Source: Ophelia neglecta (lineage: Eukaryota). Taken from it: 64,000 nt of DNA. The notes below the pieces were generated by a model. The model did not search any database and had not been told where the DNA came from. It saw nothing but the letters and a program-made list of their open reading frames with translations. The position numbers were made by a program, and so were the translations under genes. The DNA lies in contig OZ260665.1 in assembly GCA_965285935.1 (NCBI GenBank), forward strand, positions 40,114,001-40,178,000, in the 5' to 3' direction. Of this stretch, positions 40,831 to 53,002 are shown piece after piece; the first letter of the stretch is position 1; each line of letters starts with the position of its first letter.

Positions 40831-42639
40831 GGGCAGATATATCATATGCTTGTATCACAGCTTGCTATCAAATGCTTGTATCACAGGCACTCTCGTGTAT
40901 TTGAAATCATTCCTTTTTTAGATACCCGAGAACTGGTATTTTTAACAGGCCGATTATGATACAGCCTCCATGCATTAAGACAGGCTGTGGATATTGATGT
41001 TTCTTTTCCATTAAAGTCGTCACACTTTCCAATGTGTGGGGCCAGACAAAGCACACATGTCAACTGACATGACACAACAAATGGATTCCCCTTGTGTGAA
41101 ATAAGATCGGGTTAATACTTGGCTGATTTCGGACGTATAATTCACATTCTCCAAGACTAGTTTAATGGAAAGGATATTTGCAGTCTATCTACCATTTACC
41201 AATAACGCTCATTATTTAGAATAATTTCACCGAGAAAGTACAGATAGACAACAGCAAAAGATCAAAAAACGATGCATTTGGGCTACAATAACATAGATGT
41301 TCTTTTTATAATCAAGGCTCACTACGCTACTAAACAAATTTGCCTGCGTCATTTCCCAGCAAGCTGTGCGCGTTTTATTTCCTGGAACATGTCGGCTATC
41401 TTGTTATTGTGTTGATATGTGCTTTGCTATTGGAATAGGCGATGACTAACATTACAATCTTCTCGATAATCATATCGGCCGGTATAGTCGGCTGAATTGC
41501 TTTTACCGTGACAACTACTTCAACGGAAAGAGAAAGGATGTTGCTTGACTAACGAAGTTTGTTTGCTTTGATTTTCTAGGTAAACTACCCTAAATGTTAA
41601 AAATTGAATAAACGCTTTTGTCTTACTCTGCAGTTTGAATCAAGACTCTGCCAGGCCTTTTGCCTGGCGCCCTGTCGGTAATGTTACCAGATTGACAATA
41701 GAGCATATTATTTTTCTCCATGATGTACATTAGATTCAGTAATGTTCGAAAGTTACGACAAACTCCATCTCGGTAATGTTTGCTCCTGTAATATCATGGC
41801 TGTTTGAGAGCGGTGAAAACCCCCAAGGATCATCCCATTGTAATTTCCGACTCTGCCAGGGTCATTTCTTACCATGCTTTTTGTCTTGCGTTTACGCACA
41901 ACGATTGTAGTTCAATAACCTTGACAGAAAGCTAATTCACCTAAAAATAATAAGCGGATATTAAACCTAAAACTATTTGTTTACTCTGCCAAACGCCCGA
42001 GAAGGAGCGTTAGGTTGGGCTGGTCTTTTCTCTGCGATGCAGAGAGGGTGAATTCCAACTGTTTGGCTGAGCAGTCTGGTTCCTTGTCGTGCCTCAGTGT
42101 AATGTGGTCCTGTATTACTCTGTATTGATCCACCTTCTTACTCAAACATTCCACCAGATGTCGGAGCAGCCCCCTTATTACTGAGATGAACTGCAAACAA
42201 GACCATGGCAAAACTGTCCTAGAGCAGGGCACCCTTTTACAGCTGTCACACTACGCAACTCTCGCTCAGTCTCAAGTTCCCAATGATATGGCACTAGTGA
42301 TAACCGCATAGCGCAATAGTAAATCTCAAATCCATATTGCTCAAAGTGATTTACGATTATTGAGCTTCGATGCAGATGTATTTATCAAGAGATATCATAC
42401 ATGCTTGCGCCTGAGAGGTATCTTAGGGGTACGATTTACAATCAGGGCAGGGTCTGATAGACAGCACAGCCCGTGATGATGGGCAAGGGGCCCCGGGAGC
42501 CACCAGTCTTCTCGCTTGGTCGATAATTGCAAATCGATGAGAATCAGTCTCACCAGCCGGGCGTGTTTCCCTTATCTGTCGTCAGGTGTAAAAAAATTAT
42601 CAACGGTTCCTGAAAATACCAATATCATTACGTTTCCGA

Positions 42640-42991
42640 AACCTGAGTACCGAAAAATGAGCCCTTTCTATCACTCCAGTGGCGCGCGCAATAAACTTCC
42701 TTTATGCTGCAAGATGGCGCTGCACAGATAGTTTCCCGGCGTACCGTGGAGCTGTCATGCCGGCAAGTATAGACGCAGGCTTCGGGCATGGGACTTCCTG
42801 TTGTCCTTTGCCGATTCGAGATGCACGAACACTATTAGAGAGTGATTTGATCGTACTCTTAACCTTTGTCTCCATGTGGAAGCCGGTTTCACTAGTATAC
42901 GGAGACAGTCTGTGCCTATGCCTAACCGCTTGAATAGTGTGTCCTGTTTTGTGGCTACGGAGTAGTTATTGATACAGTGTCTGTTCAGAAA
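42640..42991 (+). promoter_or_regulatory. Candidate proximal (internal) promoter of gene B
   Basis: GC/CpG-rich patch with GGCGCGCGC, YY1-like AAGATGGCG 42711-42719 and ETS-like ACTTCC sites, just upstream of in-frame ATG 42992. Confidence 0.35.
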
Positions 42992-43055
42992 ATGGCTTTC
43001 GTGATACGCAGACAAAGTGGACAGGTCATCTTATGTTTGATTTCTCTTCTCTTAG

Positions 43056-43201
43056 AAACATGTGGCAATCCAGACGCCAAGAGGCTGTATGAAAATTTAT
43101 TAAAGAAGAATGGCTACAACAAGCTGATCAGACCCGTGGGAAACAATACGGACCAACTGACGGTTAAGCTCGGTCTCAGACTATCTCAGCTCATTGATGT
43201 G
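43056..43201 (+). CDS. nAChR alpha gene B, coding exon 2 (mature N-terminus); possible 5' extension to ATG 42992
   Basis: Acceptor tttctcttctcttAG| (43054-43055), phase 1. Reads (E)[48 protein letters not shown], then donor |GTGAGT, phase 0. NPDAKRLY is typical of invertebrate alpha1-4/alpha8-group subunits. Confidence 0.95.
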
Positions 43202-46200
43202 GTGAGTACTACATTAATATACAGGGCTTCTTATTAAATTCAATGAATAATGAAGAAAGCTTTATGATAATGGTTGTCAAGGGGTAGGAATGCATCTGGC
43301 GATCAGATCTCCCTTCTCATTGCCAGTTGCCAAGTTTTTTCAGAGCGTACACGATGTTACATTAATTACATGGTACTACGTGTGTATTTTTTGCATTGAT
43401 TCCACGGACTGAACCCTTGTGTTACGATGCTGTTGTGCTCTATCCAAACCATAAATCAGTGCTATATAACCCCGAGGCTTTTCCCACACCTGGTACTTTC
43501 AGTGACATTTAGTCACATTTCATGATGCAGGGTTACATTTCATCCGACTGTTCACTTCATATAACAGTCACGTCGGTCTGAAATAATAGTTCCGGCAGGT
43601 AGCAAAACATACTAATGGGGTTTCTGTATAACACTATTCATGGCTTACTCTACAGGGAGAACCACATTATTGAGAAAAAGGTGTTTATTCTCAACGGTAA
43701 GTGGATTTGGGGCTCAACCCCCCTGCGAGTGTTTTATTTTCGAGCTTACCAAAGGGACTATCGAGATAATAACCATCTGTTCCTGCCAGTTAGGGTATCA
43801 GTCTCTCGAGACGCCAATTTTACTATCCAATTTAACTCTAAAGAGAATTTGGCGTGACGGGATTGCCTTTACACGCATTCTACGCAGAACATCCTTAATT
43901 CCTATTTGTTTCCTTTATTATCACTCGGCACGCCACATACAATCATTGTCTATTACTCATACACTTGTTCACAATAATTAGGTTCGATTACACTCTCACC
44001 TTTTATTACAGCCAACACAGACTCTTAGGGCAGATATTAATAAGGACACGTTGATTATTAAACTTTTCCGAAAGAAATAAGAAAGTTCACCTGTCTTGTT
44101 GTTTATGTGAGTATCGAGGGCACTGAACCAATATAAACGCACACGTGATCTTTTTTTGTGACTATGCATCCAAAACAAGTCCTTTCTACCCAGGTATACA
44201 TAATCATATATGTTTACTAATCTACCTTATGGATAACTATAGTTAGAACTCCCCCTGAATTAAATAGCTTATATATATATCTATATTTGTATATCAACTG
44301 TAAATGTGTGTAATCTCGTTTAATAGGCAATTTAGACCCATTAATACTAATTGGATGGGTTTGTATAGATCTTAAGAGGGAATAGACGTGACAAGGCACT
44401 AGGTTCAGATCCTGTGCTCGGAATTTTCTTGCTGAAATTTGGCTACTGAAAGGTCTTTGGTGATGGATTTTTTTTTGACATTATGTAAATGCTCCTGTTT
44501 AGACGTGGTATGCTCCAGGGAAGTCACTGCCACACTAAGTTCACCTTATCCCTGCCAGTCACATCTACTGACAGTTAAAAGACGCAACAATAGGATCGTT
44601 GCTCATGCATTAGACGGCTAATGCACCGTCTTAATCCTGTTAGATTGGAGGGTCGTCCCCGGGGAGGATTCTCTACGAGGCCATCGCCAGTCTGTTCATT
44701 GCTTAATATAGCCGCAGGAGGTGTGGCGTTCCCCAAGGCACGCTTATTGGGTCACCGCATCAAATAAGAACGCCATTGCCTCGACTTGACCTACAGCAGA
44801 CCTTCAATGCGTAATTGATTTCAGTAGAGTTTTATAGTCTCAAACATCCATATACAGTTCAGATATTTGGGGTTTACCTTTATTTAGTTTGGCAAAATCG
44901 TTCAAAAGACAATTCTGATGTTCTCTACCAAGGCTGTAACAACAACTGACAAATGAGCTCAGTGCACTGATATTTTAGACAGAATCGATTAAACGAGGCG
45001 TTAGGATAAGAACAGACGGGACGGTTGACGCGATGAGAGTTCAAACCGTACACTATCTTCCATGAAATCCTTGGAGAAGTACACTTTCTCGCTTTCCTTA
45101 AGAGTTGAATATTTTCCTAGCTATATTTCCACATCGTTCTGGGAATACAGTAGGCTTTCAATTGATGCATGGTGAAGTGCAATTACCAATGATACTGGAT
45201 CTCCTACAAACCTCTCCTCGGTGTTGATTTAAATGACATCCATCTTCCAGAATGTAGGGGCACATTAATTAGCCCCCTAAATGTAATACCTGACTTGGAG
45301 GTATGATTTTCTTCGCCTACTATAGTCTTCTCCTAGAGGTCGAGAACCTTGGAGGTCAGTTTATGACACACGAATTGACACCTTCAACACTTTTCAGTTT
45401 CCTACAATAAAGCTGTCTATTTCAAAAGACAACGTGACACTGACTTAAATGTGAAAATGAATAAGCCTGTTACTATTAGGCATTGAAATTTGTGATTGGA
45501 ATAAGTCAATGATCGCCCAAATTGTTCAAAACGTAATGAAGACATAATATTTATACGCCCATTTATATCCATAGAAAGGACATTTTGGCAGCTGTTCGCA
45601 ATTTCCTACAGCCGTTGGAGGCACGTTCTTTGACTAACAGGAATCATTAGGGTATGAATTTTCTCCTGTTTTTTTAATCCAGCATGCGAGGTTGTTGTCG
45701 GTATTACATTTGCATCCGTCTTATGCCTAAACTCTTTGAAAATGGGAGATGAGATTATGTGTAGTCGGGCGGCAGGAAGGGTCTCCCATTGGGTCATCTT
45801 CCCCATGATGAGGGTCATTTCTCCTAAGTTGACCAGTCAGGCAGGACGCTTAATACGTCGAAGATCTGGACCAGGGGGCATACAATCTCTACCCAATCCA
45901 CAAGAGTATATACCCAGTCGAGGCTTTAACTAGAACATGAAGCTTGGTTCCCCATTGGTCATGACCGAGTTGGAAATGATGCCTGTGATTTTTGCTCGAT
46001 ACCGAAACGAGACAACCGGAGGTGCATATTATGGCCTAGGGCGGTACGGGTATTTTGAATGAGAGATTTTATTGGAATCAATTTTACGTTATAGTCTCAA
46101 TTCTCTCTCTTTTGCAAGAGTCTGATATAAGACAGGCTGACTGATCTTATTACTGCTGTCTTCCTTTGTCCGTCTAGACGGCATAATAAAGTTTGGTTAT

Positions 46201-49200
46201 CTGGTATCAGAGATTTGTATGGCATCGTTTATTGCCGATAATTGGCTAACATCGGATTTGGTGCGGGCAAACGAAATCATGCAGGGAATAGGAAGGTGTT
46301 TGGCCCCATTTATCTAAATATCATTCCTGAAATGATGGCAAGATCCCGCCATGCCAATGGGTCGTTCCCTTCAAAGCCGGTAGCATCTGCATGGGAAAAT
46401 TGGGAATTTATTCAGCCGGCGGCCTGGGAAAACAACGGCAGTCATGGCCCAAATCACAGCAGCATTGATCATCAGGGGGATATTGTCTATCCTTGGGCTG
46501 CCTGGCCCAAACGTCGCACAGTTGGAGAAAATGGAGAAATATGCCCACCAAACGATAATATTTCACTACACGAGATGCTCTGTTGGGATTGCCTTGACTA
46601 TGCCAAGTGCGCGTGGCCCAGAACATTGTGTTAAAAGAGAGTGTAGATTTGTCTTCCGATTACTTATTTTTTGTACTTGTGCTTTGGGCAAGGAGTTTTC
46701 TGAATGAAGAAGAAGAGCTCTAATCCTGCAATTCTTCCGGTTGACCTACTAAGGGGAGGAGGCATTAAAGCGTTAAAAGACTCGGCTGATTACCGATTAG
46801 TGTGGGTCAATGGGCTTTTGGTGTTTTAGGGTCACTGCATATATGGATGACCACTGACTACTTACTGGTGAAACTAATGTTCACCGGTGCTGCACCATTT
46901 CGTTATTGACCTTTGAATTAATGTCACCAGCTGACCCCCCTTCCCTTATAGCGTGGTATCAGTGTCATCAATGCAGTAAATCACACATCATTCCAGTGGC
47001 GTGATAGCCCGGCTCCCCGCTCGCTCCCGGCTATATCAGGCCAATCTTCTTTATGCCCTTCAGCCGCCCTGCAATCTGCTGTCTGCATGGTCAACCTGCC
47101 CGTTAATTACAGGATCAGTCCTTTTTGGTGTCCAATCTACAGAACCAGGGGGTTTAGGGACGCATATAAGCGATAGGATTTAGTCCAGGCTCACCAAATC
47201 CCCAAGCAATGCCGATGTCGTGCCGATATAAAAGTCGGCCACTGGTTTACTTTTCATACGAGGCACTCATTCGAAGTGGTAGAGGTTCATACAAAAGGTC
47301 GCTGATACATTGCGACCCAAATCCAAAGTAGGAAAAAGCCTTCAGGCACCCGATGGGAACAAATGGGAAAACTGTGTTCCGCTTAAATATTGACATCTAC
47401 TCCATTTAGGCGGCGTTGTCTTTACCGGGGAGTTGTTATCAGTAAGCGGTGTAGGCTTAACTTGATTGCAAGCCTGTCACTGGAAGGAGGATGTCGTGAA
47501 TACTATAACATGACGACCGCTTTCAGGAGAGTCAGAGAATTGATGTTTTGCAAGAGCGCATTAATGTTCAAAACGTCTGAGACACACGAGTACGTTGACA
47601 TGGAGACTCGATCGATCCTGCAAGTAACACAATGTTTACAGCAAACACAAACACTTTCTTGAAATGTTAGTTTATGACAATGCAGCAGCATATGTTCAAC
47701 GTGCCATTCCTTATTATGTCATTGACATTTTGAGGCAAACTTTGAAATAGACATAGAACTAGTTTGCCGATATTAAGAACACTAATGAGTCTACACCGGC
47801 AAATTGAGGAAGTACTTACAAGAAGGCTTCCGCCATCTCGACTTCTACTCATATTCCTGTCATTTTCACGTACGTGCGCAGGCCATATATTGGTTAAACT
47901 TATATAAGGAAGTAGTCAGTTGCTGCAATTAGGAATGATTGTCTTATTCAATATTGATTACGCAAACCAGCTTTTCTCCTTATGTTAATTTCCCAGCTGT
48001 AAACATGGAAAGAATCAATAAAGTTTTTTGCTCGAATATAAAGGTAAATACAAATTTATGTATTTTTTCTATGCGAAATTTCAACCATATTTGGAAACAA
48101 AAACCATTCCTTCACTCTAGTTATTGGGCACTTATGAGTTCGTGATGCAGATACAAAAGCCTTTCGCGTTTTTGTCAAAGTCACTTTTTTCTAATCCCGT
48201 AAGGGTCGCTAGTTTTTCCCGATTGGTGTTGACATTAGTGTCACGTTATCCAAGGTTCTACTGCCCTGAGTTCGTGTTCTGTCGGTTTTTATTCCGCCAT
48301 CGGATATCAAAGTGTATGACTTGAAGGTATGAATTAAAAGGCCAGCGGAGTGAACACGGTGCCCCCATTTTAGTCCTATATCGAGCGTCCAATGTGCACA
48401 CAAAGCACCGTGTCTAATTGACCTATTGCCTAGCCCGAGAAATCGTTTAAACACATTTATTTGCTTCATTATTCTTAGTAAACATATTATTTCCCTCTTT
48501 TCCCGAGCTAGTGCGGTTGATGATCGTCAATAATAAGATGACTTCTGGCTGGTTGGTCCCACATTTATCAGATATAGAAGAGACAGCTCACGTCCTTTTC
48601 ATCACGCTCCTATTCTATGTCGTGGAACACCACGGCTCAAATTTTAGGGTCAATCGTATAAAACCGGATACAATCACGACATTTGGCTTATATACATAAA
48701 TCAAAATTCTCCCTGATATTTACCGATTGCAAATAAATTGTGAGAATCGCAAAGCCTTTATGATCTATTTAGATTGGTATATGAATGAGAAAATCTTTGG
48801 GAGACAAATCTGTATAAAGAGCCCATTTATTTTCGTAATAATAGACCTGTTATAATCTATGAAATATACATGACCTTTAATCGTTTTAAAATCCTTCAAT
48901 ATGGAATTCACATCATACAACTGATAATTTCACTTATGTTTTATTTAACGCACAACTTAATATATGGTGTAATATTTTTTGTATAATATATATAACATCA
49001 CTGGATACGCCTAATAATGTTATCATAAACACGTAACTAAAATTATCACAATTCAATGAAACTAACTCGTGTTAACGGTGACCGTTCATTGCTCAACGCT
49101 CAAAAAAAGGTAACTCGTCTTTTGAATACAATTCACCCTTTTTTGTATTGGTTCAATGGTAGTTCTTGTTTCTTTCTCAAGTCCAGACTTCCCTGTCTTG

Positions 49201-49545
49201 ACACAATCTAACATTTATGGCAAAGCGTTCGATTGCATGTCACGTCAGTTAGGACAATTATAGGTATCGGAATGTGTAGTGACAGTGTTCCATGGGCCTT
49301 ACAAGCTCCATCCTGCATTTCCACACGTCCCTAATTGCAGATATTGACAGATAATTGATTACCGCAGAATTTCCACTCCCGTCTAGCTGTAGAAATAAAT
49401 TGATGCTAAACATTCATATTGTGCAATTTCCACCTAATTGCCTTTATCGGAAGATGGAACGGGGTACCAAAATCTGCTGACTTGCATTCAGGGAAATATC
49501 GGTCTTACCCGCCGAGGAGCGAGCCATTTCCAAGCCCGGCAGACG

Positions 49546-49728
49546 ATGGCCTACTCAAGGGCATTAAGGGCATTTAACTTACCTCGAAAACTTACTTTAC
49601 CTCGAAATAACGTAGTAATGGTTTATGCCATTACTATTTTAATGACATCAAAATTCATTGCTAGGACTTCGAGGTAAGCTTTCGAGGTAAGATAAATGTC
49701 CTTTATGCCATTGTGTAAATGTGGCCAT
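49546..49728. mobile_element. Fold-back MITE (PIF/Harbinger-like ends) in intron 2 of gene B
   Basis: Imperfect inverted arms of about 60 nt: ATGGCC..GGCATTAAGGGCATTTAACTTACCTCGAA and TTCGAGGTAAGATAAATGTCCTTTATGCC..GGCCAT. Each arm has two TTACCTCGAA units, and there is an inner 9-bp hairpin TAGTAATGG/CCATTACTA. Confidence 0.7.
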
Positions 49729-51495
49729 AGTGGTATAGTGTGTGCGTAGGACACTGGAGCAGTATCATATTGGCCATCTTCTTGCAATGATTTGAACTGC
49801 GTCTGTCGTGTGCCAGATAACCTCGTGCTCACATTGACCGTGTCCAGAGTGGATGGAAGTCCGTTCGATAGCACGTTAAGCCGATAATTTGGCGGAGTGA
49901 TAAACTTAAGGCCATTCAGCTGAGATATTGGAGAGAGATCCAATAGAACCAGCAGAAGCTCACGTCCAGGGCGTGTCTACACAGTGCTTAGGCATACTAT
50001 CTTGGTGTTAGGATTTTCTGCCAAGTCCAATTACATTCCTACATGTCGTCTAAAGATTTAAGTAGCAATGAAATAAGACTGAGCGAGATCTCTGTGCTCA
50101 AGTGGCTGCTGGAGACCTTACAAGTGCTTTGCTGAAACGGAAGCTTTAAATTTCGAAATCATCATTGAAACGGTAATCCTGGATATCGGGCAAACACTAC
50201 AATGACACTGATCAGTAAAGTAAATTCATTCAGTTCAGTGATTACATCCGACCCCTGCCTTTAGCATTAGTGCACATAATGTTTTTGTCAAAACTGCCGG
50301 CGACCCTGAGTGAAACCATTCACAATCAAACGTTGAAGCCCATTGGAAACCATTGCATGTGTGCTTAACCAAATGCTCAAATTTGTACTTGACCTAAATT
50401 TAATTGACGATTTAATTCAGTTCAACCGTGTTTGAGCAGGTAAATCCGCATTAAATTGGTTCTAGAATACCATTTGCCATTCCTCAAAAGTTCAAGAAAA
50501 ATAAAATTAAATCTTTCACCCAGCTGATTTGTCATGTGATGACGGCAGATATACATTGTGGTCCTCTTTCTTATTTGCATTTTTATGTGACCCCTAACTT
50601 TCCAAGCAAGGTTCTCAAGGCATGCGCACGTTGATCTGATATGCAGTCACAAGACGAAGTAAGGTTGAAAATACTAGGACTTCGTATCTATCTAGCATTG
50701 AATAAATATATGTCCCTACATTTACTGAAAATGCAAATGTGGTCCATGCCAAGTATGCTTAAGGATGTTTTTCTACATGCTAAGGCAATTAGGGCTTTAT
50801 GCAAATAATTACTAAATGCAAATTATCATGCGGCACCAGTGTGACAGAAAAAAACACCCTTAATCTAAGCATAGGCATATTTGTTACCAGAAAACGTGCA
50901 CACTTTAGTCCTCAGGATTGGTTGTTTATTTCGCTGGGTTGATGGCACAGTTAAATTGAATTCAGACGTTATATTGGAGTAAAACAGGCTTTGCCGCAGC
51001 TGTATCCTGATACTGCCAAATGTGTTTCCGTCCTTAGTTTACTCATACTTGAGTCATAATCAGCAAATTACAAAATCTTGTACTTTTTCTTCCTTGCAGT
51101 GTATTTTGCTCATGTGAATATAAAAAATGTGTCCGAAATACAGTGCAGTTTGTAGCAATTAACCGAAGACCATTTTATTACAATCCCTTCGGCATAAGGT
51201 GAAAAATGTTCAATTACAAGTCGGTACAGACCTGGGGCATTATCACATGATATCACGGAAATTACATTAAGCTATTATCCAGTGCAACATCTTCTCCTCC
51301 AAGGGTCTCGTATTCTCTCAAAACCACGTGCGTTTTTGCGTTACTGGGTGCAGTTTTTACCTTAAACTGACACACTCATGGCATGGCTCCCGCCTACAAG
51401 GAAATCAACTAATGTTCTGTTCTATTTGTTCAACAAATAACCTGGTAATAGCGTCTTTCCGAAAACAAATTGATACTATTTTCATTTTCTTGCAG

Positions 51496-51540
51496 GACGA
51501 GAAGAATCAGATTATGACTACTAACGTTTGGCTCACTCAG
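51496..51540 (+). CDS. nAChR alpha gene B, coding exon 3 (45 nt, loop D)
   Basis: ttcattttcttgcAG|DEKNQIMTTNVWLTQ|GTAAGT, phase 0-0. This is the canonical 45-nt nAChR exon. Confidence 0.96.
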
Positions 51541-52253
51541 GTAAGTTGCTATGGTAACCGCTTCAACATGTCACTTAAATTGGTAATTACGTCGGGTAAA
51601 GAAATTTCATAGCATCACCGACTCATTTATTGTATAAAGGCATCATTATATCATTGTCTTCAGAAACAAACCTTACCGGTTTGTTACAACCTTAACACTG
51701 AATATAGCAATTGGAGTGACCGAAATTGAATTACATCGCCAGATATATGGTTAGTTCTTGGCTCATGAGTAACTGAGCGCCTGTCTTTGGTTTGTCATAT
51801 ATTACCTCGTGATATTGTTGAAGTACAGCATTCACACTTTGCCGTATTTCAAATTAAAAAGAAACACAGTATCTTTGAACGAAAGAGACTTGGTAATAGT
51901 CCATTATGTAATATATTTTTGGTGAAATAGATGTGTTGATAAATGTGTCTAAGCAGGCCTACCTACGTTGAAATGGACTCAATTGTTCAACCGATGCTCG
52001 TTAAATACACATTGGGTGAGGTAAAATTTATACCAGCCATGTACATAAAACACATCAATATTTATAGTAGTCCAAGGCTTTTAATCGGAGCAATTTGTGC
52101 ATATGACTCGCTTGTTTTGATTTTCAGAAAAAGAAAACAAAACAACAAGTGACATTGATAAAGTCATAACAAAATCAACAACACGAATTAGCAATATAAA
52201 GAGTACAATATATGATTTTTCTATTTTGAATATGTTTTAAAATAGCGGTATTA

Positions 52254-53002
52254 TCAAAATGGTCGCCATTTCAAGATACCAAGATGAGGCAATATACGAC
52301 ATAAGCATTTCCAACAAATATCATCATCCCCAGACGATACGTATAATGTGAAAAGTTTCATAATCTGATTTTTACAACGCCTAGTTGAAAACTTCCAACC
52401 CCGAGGCAAACAGAGGTACAACACGAGCCTTTGCCTTTTTTTAAATGAGTGAAGAACACCTCTTAGGAGCATAGCCCGTAGGCCCATAGCTATGACTAGA
52501 CAGTCTACACCTTAATACACTCTTCCAGCTGAGCTTAATCTGTGAAACTCGCGCGAATCGATAGATAATCAAGAAGCCATCAGAAGGGCAGTGGCATAAT
52601 TAATTTATATCTCCAATAACTTTCAAATGACAGACGACGTATCTTTAAAAGTGTCACGAATGCATCACTCTTATGACAGACAGGTGTGTCTGACTTTCTC
52701 GGTATCATCGAGGGCACATGTGTAGTTCATAACACGACAAACGACACAGACTACCTCTCGATGGGAATGTTGACACTCAAAGCAAAACCCCGAGTTACCA
52801 AGGTGCCTCATAAATGTAATTGCTAGGTACAAAACCAATTTAAAAAATGGCCGATTTGAAATTTCTGATGATACATCTAAACACGACTGTGAAACCTACA
52901 TACTATACAGGACGTCGACTAAGTATATTCCGGCAACTAAACCTTTGGAAAACTCTACTATCAGGTATATGGAGGCCATCTTGATGATGGAGGCCATATT
53001 GA
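52254..53002. mobile_element. Degenerate inverted-repeat element
   Basis: TCAAAATGGTCGCCATTTCAAGAT (52254-52277) is an imperfect reverse complement of ATCTTGATGATGGAGGCCATATTGA (52978-53002). Confidence 0.35.

Noticed and set aside
42738-42754. RE1/NRSE-like CCGTGGAGCTG
   Set aside because: Only a half-site match, and REST is not established in protostomes.
46242-46707. Overlapping 130, 87 and 72-aa ORFs in intron 2
   Set aside because: No recognisable motifs; consistent with chance ORFs in a GC-richer patch.
51143-51155. GTGCAGTTTGTAG as docking site for the 13-mer (12/13 pairs with wobble)
   Set aside because: It lies upstream of constitutive exon 3, so pairing would loop that exon out, and it depends on three G-U pairs.
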